Positions 35,442 through 43,568 of a DNA stretch of 64,000 bases are shown here, in pieces. The DNA comes from Phycisphaerales bacterium JB040 (GTDB lineage: Bacteria; Planctomycetota; Phycisphaerae; Phycisphaerales; UBA1924). A program made the translations under genes and the position numbers. The stretch covers positions 16,206 to 80,205 of the forward strand of contig JBICID010000101.1 in NCBI GenBank assembly GCA_043101615.1. Reading direction: 5' to 3'. Every line of letters begins with the position of its first letter. The stretch's first letter is position 1. The notes beneath the pieces were generated by a model. It was not told the origin of the DNA and ran no database searches. It was given only the letters and a program-made list of their open reading frames with translations.

Positions 35442-35867
35442 TCAGCGGTCGCGCGCCAAACGGCGCGTCAGGGACGCCAGGGCCTCCAGCGTCTCGGTCG
35501 AGCAGTGGTGCTCGATCCCCTCGGCGTCCACCTCGGCCTGCCCCTCGGACACGCCCGCCGCCCGCAGGAACGCCACCACGATCTCGTGGCGCTCCCTCGC
35601 GTGGGCGGCCATCCGCTCGCCCTTGACCGTCAGCACGATCGGCTGGTAGGGCTCGGTCCGCACCAGCCCGTCGCGTTCCAGGCGCGTCACGGTCCGGTTG
35701 ACGGTGACGTGCGAGACCCCCAGCATCTCGGCCAGGTGGGTCACCCGGGCCACGCCCCGACGCTCGATCAGTTCCGCGATGGCCTCGACGTAGTCCTCGG
35801 CGACCTCGAGGGCGTGGGCGGCCCGGGTCGCCTCGAACCGCTCGGGATCGCTCGCGCGCCGGGGCAT
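35442..35867 (-). CDS. DtxR/MntR-family metal-dependent transcriptional repressor
   Basis: EDYVEAIAELIERRGVARVTHLAEMLGVSHVTVNRTVTRLERDGLV (winged HTH) plus a metal-binding/dimerisation region ERHEIVVAFL...IEHH. Confidence 0.88.
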   Translation of the reverse strand: MPRRASDPERFEATRAAHALEVAEDYVEAIAELIERRGVARVTHLAEMLGVSHVTVNRTVTRLERDGLVRTEPYQPIVLTVKGERMAAHARERHEIVVAFLRAAGVSEGQAEVDAEGIEHHCSTETLEALASLTRRLARDR

Positions 35868-36706
35868 CAGCCCGACCCGCCCGCGGGCCCGGCGTCCCGG
35901 TCCTGCTCCAGCTCCAGCAGCATCGCGTGCTTCTGAAGTGTGGCGCTGGCGGTCGCCAGCGCCGCGAGCCAGCCCGCCCGCCCGTCACGCCACGCCTGCT
36001 TGAGCACCATCTGCTTCAGGAACGCCCCGGCGGGCGAGGTCAGGCAGCGCAGGCGCGAGCCGCGCTTGCCCGCCTCGTGCAGGTTCGCCGCCATCAGGCG
36101 GGCGTACCCCGAGTCCTTGGCGAACTGGTCCGCGAACGACTCGAACGAGTCGTGGATCAGCGTCCCGGCCAGGTCGTACTCGCGCACGCTCCGATCGACA
36201 CTCAGCTCCAGCTTGTCGTGCGGGTCCAGCCCGGTCCAGCGCGCCATGGCCCGGGGCACCAGGCGCAGCCGCCACTCCGGCTGCCACGCGTGTCGCAGCA
36301 GTCGCCCGCGGTAGGTCACCCTTCGGTTGACCCGGGCGCACGCGGGGCGTCGCTCGTCGGGCTCCTCTCCCTCGTCCCCGACGAAGGCCCGGATCGAGGA
36401 CGCGAGCTCGTCGTCCACGATCTCGTCGGCGTCCAGGCAGAGCGCCCAGGGGCGCGAGCAGCGGTCCAGCGCGAGCTGCTTGGTCCTGACGTGCCCCAGC
36501 CACTTGTGCTCGTGCACCGTGGCGCCGTGCTCGCGCAGCAGGTCCATCGTCCGGTCGGTCGAGCCCGAGTCCACCGCCACGATCTCGCCCGCCCACTCCG
36601 ACACGCTCTCCAGCACGCGACCGATGGTGCGCTCGGAGTTCTTGCACACGATGGAGATCGAGATCGGCAGGCGCTCGGGCACGCCCAAGCCTACCCCCCC
36701 CCACAT
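35867..36706 (-). CDS. glycosyltransferase family 2 protein
   Basis: ISISIVCKNSERTIGRVLESV...IVAVDSGSTDRT...CLDADE (DxD), a GT-A fold signature. Confidence 0.85.
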   Translation of the reverse strand: MWGGVGLGVPERLPISISIVCKNSERTIGRVLESVSEWAGEIVAVDSGSTDRTMDLLREHGATVHEHKWLGHVRTKQLALDRCSRPWALCLDADEIVDDELASSIRAFVGDEGEEPDERRPACARVNRRVTYRGRLLRHAWQPEWRLRLVPRAMARWTGLDPHDKLELSVDRSVREYDLAGTLIHDSFESFADQFAKDSGYARLMAANLHEAGKRGSRLRCLTSPAGAFLKQMVLKQAWRDGRAGWLAALATASATLQKHAMLLELEQDRDAGPAGGSG

Positions 36707-36813
36707 CGGGACGCATCCGGCGGGAGGCCCCGGAAGTGGGCATGGGGGCCCGGCGCGAGCGCCGGGGCTCGCACGCGCGGAAAGTCCAGGCGGGCGCCTC
36801 CCAATACACTCTC

Positions 36814-37134
36814 ATGCAGATGGCCGCGACCGACCCATTCAACATCCGAGGGCGATTCGGGCACGACTACGAGCGCGTGTCGCGTGTGTACCGCATGGCC
36901 AACGCCCAGCCGTCGTGGGCGGCCCGCATGGCCGCGTTCATCGTCAGCACCATGGTGCTGCTCGTCGTGCTGGTGCTGCTGCTCCCGCTGATCCTGCTCG
37001 TCGCCCTGGCGGTGCTCGCGTTCGTGGCCTACGCCCGCCTGCGCCTCGCCATGGCCAGGCGTGGGTGGTTCACCCGCGACCCCGCCCACGACTCGGCGCG
37101 GCGCAACGTCCGCGTCCGTCGCCCGGAGGAGTGA
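36814..37134 (+). CDS. small hypothetical membrane protein
   Basis: 106 aa with one long hydrophobic stretch (AAFIVSTMVLLVVLVLLLPLILLVALAVLAFVAY). No RBS and no homology recognised. Confidence 0.4.
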   Translation: MQMAATDPFNIRGRFGHDYERVSRVYRMANAQPSWAARMAAFIVSTMVLLVVLVLLLPLILLVALAVLAFVAYARLRLAMARRGWFTRDPAHDSARRNVRVRRPEE

Positions 37135-37144
37135 CGGCGCACGC

Positions 37145-37972
37145 TCAGCCCCCGGGGTCGTACCCCCACGCGTCGCAGGCGTCCCGGTAGTCCGGATTCG
37201 CCAGGCACGCCTCCAGCAGCCCCTCGGGACGCTCCCGGGGCTCCAGGGGCGCGATCGCACGCCGTCGGTTCCCGCGGCTGTCGGCGGTGTCGCCCGTGAC
37301 GTGCCGGTTGTCGGCCCACCCCGACGCCCACCCCTCGTCGAATCCGAGCTCCAGCGTCTGGCACATGGCCCGCAGCGAGGCGCCCGGGTCCGCGCAGAAA
37401 TCCTCATACTTCAGGAGTGTGTGCGCGCTCGGGTCGGCGAGGCGCCCCGCGATGGCCGCCGTCTCGCGCGCGTACGCCGCGCAGGCGGCGAGGTGGGCCT
37501 CCAGCGTCAACGCACGCATCGTCTCGATCTTCCGGATGCTCAGCCAGTGGTCGATCGGGTGACGCACCGTGTCCACCACCCGCAGCGAGAACCGTTCTTC
37601 GAGCGCCCGCGTGGCAACGGGTTCCTGCGTGGGGGTGGCGAAGGGGACCCCGGCGAAGTCCAGGTGGGTCCACTCGCGCAGCAGCAGGCGCGAGGCGCGC
37701 GCCTCGGCCCGGACGTTGAGCTGGGCGATGATGTCCGCGTAGCCCGTCCCGCGTGTGAGCCACGCCTTGCACTCCTGGGGCGTGGTGAGCGCGTGCCACT
37801 CGCGGGCCTGCCCGAGGACGTTGGACCAGCGGCCCAGGGCCTCGGGGTGGGTCTCGCTGAGCAGCATCACGCCGTTCATGCACCCGAGGCACTTGGAGAT
37901 CACGGTCCCCCCGGTGCGTGCGAGGTGGCGTACGAGGCGGAGGGTCGGTCTGGAACCGGGGGCGGGGGGCAC
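37145..37972 (-). CDS. sulfotransferase-like protein (putative GTG start)
   Basis: HLARTGGTVISKCL resembles the H-x-P-K-T-GGT PAPS-binding loop of family-2 sulfotransferases. No in-frame ATG precedes it, so I propose the GTG at 37970-37972. The rest of the 1147-aa ORF-track entry is antisense to the GH57 gene. Confidence 0.5.
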   Translation of the reverse strand: MPPAPGSRPTLRLVRHLARTGGTVISKCLGCMNGVMLLSETHPEALGRWSNVLGQAREWHALTTPQECKAWLTRGTGYADIIAQLNVRAEARASRLLLREWTHLDFAGVPFATPTQEPVATRALEERFSLRVVDTVRHPIDHWLSIRKIETMRALTLEAHLAACAAYARETAAIAGRLADPSAHTLLKYEDFCADPGASLRAMCQTLELGFDEGWASGWADNRHVTGDTADSRGNRRRAIAPLEPRERPEGLLEACLANPDYRDACDAWGYDPGG

Positions 37973-38128
37973 GAGCCCACGGTACGCCGCGTGGGCACGC
38001 GCGTCCGATTCCGGACCCCGAGACCCTGTTCGGGGCGTGCAATTCCTGCGAAAAGTCTTTCGCGATTCGGCCTCGCGCGATACCCTCTCAACGGCACGCA
38101 ACACGTCGTGCCGAGGGAGTCTTGAGCC

Positions 38129-41062
38129 ATGTCGATCCGTCCGAAGCGGATGCTGACCCTCGCGGTCGGCTGTGCCCTGTCCGCAAACACGCTCGCCGGT
38201 GAGGGCGAGGCCGGCCCGGAACAGGCCCGCGCCGGCGGGCCGGTGCAGGTGTCGTTCCTGTGGCACATGCACCAGCCGATCTACGTCCCGTACGTCGACC
38301 CGATGACGGCCAACGGGTTCTTCTCGTTCTCGGTGACCGACGTGCACAACTCGCGGTTCGGCCCGTACACGACGTGGCCGGCCGACGCGGTCGGGATCGG
38401 CGTCTCGATGCCCTACCTGGGTGCCCAGGTCAGCTTCTCCGGCTCGCTGATGGAGAACCTGAACAGCATGGAGTCCGCCGGCATCAACGGCGGGATGTGG
38501 AACAACTGGAGCGGGACGTACGCCGGGGCCCAGTCCATGCTCACCGCGGGGGGCAACCGTCGCCTCGAGCTGGTCGGCTTCGGGTACCACCACCCGCTGA
38601 TGCCGCTGATCGACGAGAAGTCGATCCGCATGCAGGTGCGCCTGCACCGGATGATCGCGGGCGCGGAGATGGGCGCCCCGGCGAGCCGCGGGATCTTCCC
38701 GCCCGAGACCGCGTTCAGCACGAGGATCATCCCGGCGCTGGTGGCCGAGGGCATCGAGTGGGTCATGGTGGACAACATCCACTTCGACCGCGCCAGCCAG
38801 AACTACCCGTGGAACAGCGGCACCAGCATCATCCCGCCCAACCGGGCCGACCAGATCAATCCCGACCCGGCGTCCAACGGCGGGCGGTGGGTGCAGCTCA
38901 ACAACCTCTGGGCCCCCAGCCCGGTCTCCGTGCCCTTCGGCTACCAGCCCGCGTACACGCAGCACGTGGACCCGGAGACCGGCACCGTCACCCAGATGAT
39001 CGCCGTCCCCGCGGCCCGGTACGAGGGCAACGAGGACGGGCGGGGCGGCTACGGGGCCTTCCTGTACGACCAGGTGATGGACGCCTACGTCAACGACTCG
39101 CTCACCGCCGACCGCCCCATGCTCGTGCTGCTGCACCACGACGGCGACAACTTCGGCGGCGGCAGCGAGGCGTACTACCACCACAACTTCCAGAACATGG
39201 TCAACTGGGCCAGCGCCGACCCGGACTACGACGTCACGACCGTCAACGACTACCTCGACCGCTTCCCCGTCCCGGCCAACGCGCTCATCCACATCGAGGA
39301 CGGCTCCTGGGCCGGGGCCGACGCCGGCGACCCCGAGTTCAAGAAGTGGCTCGGCGGGGACGTGAGCGCGGGGGCGGTCAGCCCGGACATCAACTCGTGG
39401 GCCGCCCTCGTCTCGGCCCGCAACACGCTGGCCACCGCGGAGCAGGTCTTCGGGGCGGTCGACGTCACCAACGCCTCGCACATGTCCAACGTCATGCAGG
39501 GCGTCGGCACCGACGTGCAGCGGTCCTGGCACTGGATGCTCGTGGGTCAGGCCAGCGACTACTGGTACTGGGACGGCACCGAGGTGTGGGACTCCAACCC
39601 GACCCGGGCCGCCAACCAGGTGCACGCGATCGCCGGGACGGCCCTGGCCGCCGCCTTCTTCCAGGACCAGACCCCGCCGACGGTCTTCGTCCCGCAGCGC
39701 GAGCCGTACAACCCGGGCGCGTTCGAGTGGAACCAGACGCCCGAGCCGTCCGACTTCGAGGTCTGGACGCTCATCGACGACTGGAGCGGCGTGGCCGACG
39801 CGACGCTCAAATGGCGGATCGACGCCGACGGCGCCAACCCGCTGAGTTCGGTCCAGAACGAGACCTACGCCGGCGGGCCCGAGGTCGGCCCGTGGCAGAG
39901 CGTGCCGATGACGGCGAACGCGGTGCCGACCCCGGCGGGCGTCCTCGCCGCGACCGACAAGGCGGTCCGCTACGGGGGGACGATCGCGGGCCAGCAGAAC
40001 GTGCTGATCGACTACTACGTCGAGGCGACCGACACCGCCGGGAACACGGCGCGATCCGAGATCATGCACGTCTGGGTCGGCGACGGCGCGACCGGGGGCA
40101 CGGGCAGCGCGGTCACGCTGCTGCCCGAGACGCCCGTCGCCGGGCAGCCCGTCACCGTCACCTACGACCCGGCGGGCGGCCCGATCGCGGGGGCGTCCAC
40201 GGTCGTGCTGCACTACGGCTTCAACGGCTGGACCGGCGTCTCCGACGTCGCGATGAGCGGGCCCGACACCGAGGGGCTGTTCAGCGTCACCGTCCCCGTC
40301 CCCTCCACCGCCACCGAGTTCGACTTCGTCTTCAACAACGGCGCGGGCGTCTGGGACAACAACAACGGGCAGGACTGGATCATCCCCGTCAGCGGCGGTG
40401 AGCCCGGACAGCAGTGGGAGATCGACGGTGCCCTCGACACCGAGGCGCAGCAGCTCGCCACCTCGTCCGGCGTCACCCTCTGGGCCGGCCTGATCGACAG
40501 CACGCTCTACCTCGCGACCGAGCCCGCCGGCGCCGGCAACGACCGCTTCCTGTTCCTGGCCGAGACCCCCGGTGCACCCGCCGCGCACCCGTGGGCCAAG
40601 TCCGGCACCGTCGCCCAGTGGGACGCCTACATCGGCAACGAGGCCGACAACGGCTGGGCGGGCTGGTTCGGCGGCGCGGGTGCCACGCTCGCCAGCGGCG
40701 GCGTGCTCGAGACCACCGTGGACCTGGTCGCCATGTTCGGCTCCGTGCCCGAGTCCGTCGCGGTCGCCGTGGGCAGCTACGCGTCGCCCGACGGCGGGGC
40801 GCTGGTCGCCCAGTCCCCCGCGGGCAACGCCGACGGGAACATCGACGCCTCCGAATACCTCGTCATCGACCTCTGCTCGCTCACGCCGGAGGGCTGCTGC
40901 CCGGCCGACGTGAACGGCGACGGCGTGCTGGACAACGGCGACATCGGGGCGTTCGTCACGCTCTTCCTCGCGGGCGACCCGGCCACGGACTTCAACGCCG
41001 ACGGCATCCTCGACAACGGGGATATCGGGGCGTTCGTCACACTTTTCCTCGCCGGGTGCTGA
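38129..41062 (+). CDS. secreted GH57 alpha-glucan-active enzyme with a CBM25-like starch-binding domain and a C-terminal GC-ending dockerin-like module
   Basis: All five GH57 regions are visible: WHMHQPIY, LELVGFGYHHPLMPL, IFPPETAFS, LLHHDGDNFGG and ASDYWYWDG. The CBM25-like segment is VVLHYGFNGW...FDFVFNNGAGVWDNNNGQDW. Signal-like MSIRPKRMLTLAVGCALSANTLAG. The C-terminus is CPADVNGDGVLDNGDIGAFVTLFLAGDPATDFNADGILDNGDIGAFVTLFLAGC. Confidence 0.88.
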   Translation: MSIRPKRMLTLAVGCALSANTLAGEGEAGPEQARAGGPVQVSFLWHMHQPIYVPYVDPMTANGFFSFSVTDVHNSRFGPYTTWPADAVGIGVSMPYLGAQVSFSGSLMENLNSMESAGINGGMWNNWSGTYAGAQSMLTAGGNRRLELVGFGYHHPLMPLIDEKSIRMQVRLHRMIAGAEMGAPASRGIFPPETAFSTRIIPALVAEGIEWVMVDNIHFDRASQNYPWNSGTSIIPPNRADQINPDPASNGGRWVQLNNLWAPSPVSVPFGYQPAYTQHVDPETGTVTQMIAVPAARYEGNEDGRGGYGAFLYDQVMDAYVNDSLTADRPMLVLLHHDGDNFGGGSEAYYHHNFQNMVNWASADPDYDVTTVNDYLDRFPVPANALIHIEDGSWAGADAGDPEFKKWLGGDVSAGAVSPDINSWAALVSARNTLATAEQVFGAVDVTNASHMSNVMQGVGTDVQRSWHWMLVGQASDYWYWDGTEVWDSNPTRAANQVHAIAGTALAAAFFQDQTPPTVFVPQREPYNPGAFEWNQTPEPSDFEVWTLIDDWSGVADATLKWRIDADGANPLSSVQNETYAGGPEVGPWQSVPMTANAVPTPAGVLAATDKAVRYGGTIAGQQNVLIDYYVEATDTAGNTARSEIMHVWVGDGATGGTGSAVTLLPETPVAGQPVTVTYDPAGGPIAGASTVVLHYGFNGWTGVSDVAMSGPDTEGLFSVTVPVPSTATEFDFVFNNGAGVWDNNNGQDWIIPVSGGEPGQQWEIDGALDTEAQQLATSSGVTLWAGLIDSTLYLATEPAGAGNDRFLFLAETPGAPAAHPWAKSGTVAQWDAYIGNEADNGWAGWFGGAGATLASGGVLETTVDLVAMFGSVPESVAVAVGSYASPDGGALVAQSPAGNADGNIDASEYLVIDLCSLTPEGCCPADVNGDGVLDNGDIGAFVTLFLAGDPATDFNADGILDNGDIGAFVTLFLAGC

Positions 41063-41115
41063 CCCGCACGCCCGCCTCCCGAACCGACCGACCGCACGCC
41101 GCGTAAGGACTCACC

Positions 41116-43464
41116 ATGATCTTTTTCAAGCCCGCCCTGTTCCTCGCCTGCTCGCTCGGCGCGTCCGGCGCCCTGGGTGCCGACGCGGACAACAACGTCG
41201 AGTGGAACGGCCTCTCCCACGTGGTCCACCACGACCTGCGCCCGCTCGTCCCGCTCAGCGGCGATGATGTCGTGGTCGAGTTCCAGGCCTACCGGGGCGA
41301 CCTGACCGCCGCCAACGTGCTGCGGACCGTCAACGGCGGCACCACCTCGCACGCGGCGTCGATCGTCGGCCAGCGGGGGCCGTACGACCTGTGGCGGGCC
41401 ACGCTCCCGGGCACCACGCAGAACCAGCTCGCTTACGTCATCGAGGCCATCGACGGGACCGATACCGACTACCTCGGGGCACGCGCCGACCGCCCGCACG
41501 AGTGGGCGGTGAGCGACAACGCCCCCGCCAGCCCCTTCCTGCTCGACTTCACCACGCTCAGCCACGCCCGCAACGGCGCGACGCCGACCTCAAGCGGCGT
41601 GGTCTTCAAGGTCTGGGCCCCCACCAGCGCGACGGCGCACGTCCGCGGCCAGTTCAACAGCTGGTCCACCACGCCCATGGCCAAGCACGGCGAGCACTTC
41701 GTCGCCCACGTCCCCAACGCCTCGCCGGGGCAGATGTACAAGTTCTACTTCAACAACTCGGTCTGGAACACGGACCCTCACGCCGCGCTGCTCAACGAGA
41801 GCGACAACACCAACGCGGTGATCCAGGACCCGCTGGCCTACGAGTGGCGGCACGACGGCTTCACCGCGGTCCCGCGCGACCGGATGGTGATCTACCAGCT
41901 GCACGTGGGCTCGTTCTCCGGCCTGAACGACCCGCTCGGCCCGGCCCCCACGCCCAGCCGCTACTACGACGTCGCCCTGCGGGCCGATCATCTGGCCGAG
42001 CTGGGCGTCAACGCGGTGATGGTGAACCCGATCAACATGTTCCCGGGCGATTTCTCGGGCGGGTACAACCCGACCTCGATGTTCGCGTGGGAGGGCAAGC
42101 TCGGCACGCCCGACCAGCTCAAGTTCATGGTGGACGAGCTGCACGAGCGCGGCATCGCGGTCATCCTCGACGTGGTGTGGAACCACTTCGACTCGGGGGC
42201 CAACTTCCTGTGGAACTACAACGGGTCGCAGCTCTACTTCGACTCGCCGGCGCAGGACACGCCCTGGGGCGCCCAGGCCGACTTCGACGCCGCGGGCGTG
42301 TACGACTACTTCCTGGACTCGGTGCACCACGTGCTGGGCGAGTTCCGCATGGACGGCTACCGCCAGGACGCGGTGATGTACATGACCGACTCGGCCCTGA
42401 CCGGCCAGTGGGGCGTGGGGCAGGACCTGGTCCGCGACATGAACGACCTGATCGACCGGCGCTACGCCGACGGGCTGGCCATCGCGGAGATGTACATCGA
42501 CTCGTCCTGGGTGACCAACCCGAACTTCGGCATCGCGTTCGACGCGCAGTACCACAACGAGTTCAAGGAGGCCGTGCGGTCGGCGACGTTCGGCGCCGCG
42601 TTCGGATCGCCCGACGTGTCGCGCGTCGCCGGCGTCATGGACGGGCAGGGCCCCGGCGTCGAGGGCTCGTTCGTGATGAACTACTTCGAGCTGCACGACG
42701 ACGCGTGGCCCCTCAACGGGCACGAGCGGGCCGTCAAACAGATCGACACCACCTTCCCCCACGACGACCAGTACGCCCGCGGACGCACCACGCTCGCCCA
42801 CGGGCTCGTGCTCACCAGCCGAGGCATCCCCGCGATCCTGTACGGGAGCGAGTGGCTCGAGTCCAACGGCTTCGAGAGCAAGATCGACTGGAGCCGCAGG
42901 GGCGCGAACGACGGCACCTTCGAGTACTTCAAGGACCTGATCGCGCTGCGGACGACCGAGCCCTCGCTCTTCGCCGACGCCCCGATGCGGGTCTCGCATC
43001 TGAGCGAGGGCAACGACGTCTTCGCCATGCACCGCTGGTCCGACGACGGGCGAGACGTGGTGGTGGTCGCCAACTACTCCGACACCGACTGGGGGGCCTA
43101 CGACCTCGGGTTGCCCCAGCCGGGCCAGTGGGACGTGCTGGTCGATTCCCAGTTCAGCGCGTACGACGGCTCGGGCTACGCAGACGCCCAGACCGGCGTC
43201 ACCGCCAGCGGCCCCGCCCGCGACGGCTTCGCCCAGTCCGCCACGCTGCGGATCCCGGCCCGCTCCCTGCTGGTGATGGCCCCCCCGACCGCCGACCCCT
43301 GCCCGGGCGACGTCAACGGGGACGGCGTGCTGGACAACGGGGATATCGGGGCGTTCGTGCAGCTCTTCCTCGCCGGCGACCCCGCGTCCGACTTCAACGG
43401 GGACGGGGTGCTGGACAACGGCGATATCGGGGCCTTCGTGACGGTCTTTCTCGCGGGGTGCTGA
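41116..43464 (+). CDS. secreted GH13 alpha-amylase-family enzyme (CBM48-like N-domain) with a C-terminal GC-ending dockerin-like module
   Basis: VVFKVWAPTSATAHVRGQFNSW (CBM48/E-set-like). GH13 regions are ILDVVWNHF, FRMDGYRQDAV, IAEMY and FELHDD. Signal-like MIFFKPALFLACSLGASGALGA. The C-terminus is CPGDVNGDGVLDNGDIGAFVQLFLAGDPASDFNGDGVLDNGDIGAFVTVFLAGC. Confidence 0.9.
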   Translation: MIFFKPALFLACSLGASGALGADADNNVEWNGLSHVVHHDLRPLVPLSGDDVVVEFQAYRGDLTAANVLRTVNGGTTSHAASIVGQRGPYDLWRATLPGTTQNQLAYVIEAIDGTDTDYLGARADRPHEWAVSDNAPASPFLLDFTTLSHARNGATPTSSGVVFKVWAPTSATAHVRGQFNSWSTTPMAKHGEHFVAHVPNASPGQMYKFYFNNSVWNTDPHAALLNESDNTNAVIQDPLAYEWRHDGFTAVPRDRMVIYQLHVGSFSGLNDPLGPAPTPSRYYDVALRADHLAELGVNAVMVNPINMFPGDFSGGYNPTSMFAWEGKLGTPDQLKFMVDELHERGIAVILDVVWNHFDSGANFLWNYNGSQLYFDSPAQDTPWGAQADFDAAGVYDYFLDSVHHVLGEFRMDGYRQDAVMYMTDSALTGQWGVGQDLVRDMNDLIDRRYADGLAIAEMYIDSSWVTNPNFGIAFDAQYHNEFKEAVRSATFGAAFGSPDVSRVAGVMDGQGPGVEGSFVMNYFELHDDAWPLNGHERAVKQIDTTFPHDDQYARGRTTLAHGLVLTSRGIPAILYGSEWLESNGFESKIDWSRRGANDGTFEYFKDLIALRTTEPSLFADAPMRVSHLSEGNDVFAMHRWSDDGRDVVVVANYSDTDWGAYDLGLPQPGQWDVLVDSQFSAYDGSGYADAQTGVTASGPARDGFAQSATLRIPARSLLVMAPPTADPCPGDVNGDGVLDNGDIGAFVQLFLAGDPASDFNGDGVLDNGDIGAFVTVFLAGC

Positions 43465-43568
43465 GCACGGCCAAACCGGAAAATCTGGAGCGATCACGGG
43501 ATTCCGGGAACCGGTAGACCGAAACGCACCAATGTGGTGGTGTCGCAACTCCGTTCGGAGGCACCGCC

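Noticed and set aside
37973-40588. The upstream ~870 aa of the 1147-aa minus-strand ORF 37145..40588.
   Set aside because: It is antisense to the GH57 gene, which shows all five GH57 signature regions. Its composition is Gly/Arg/Val/Asp-rich and non-protein-like.
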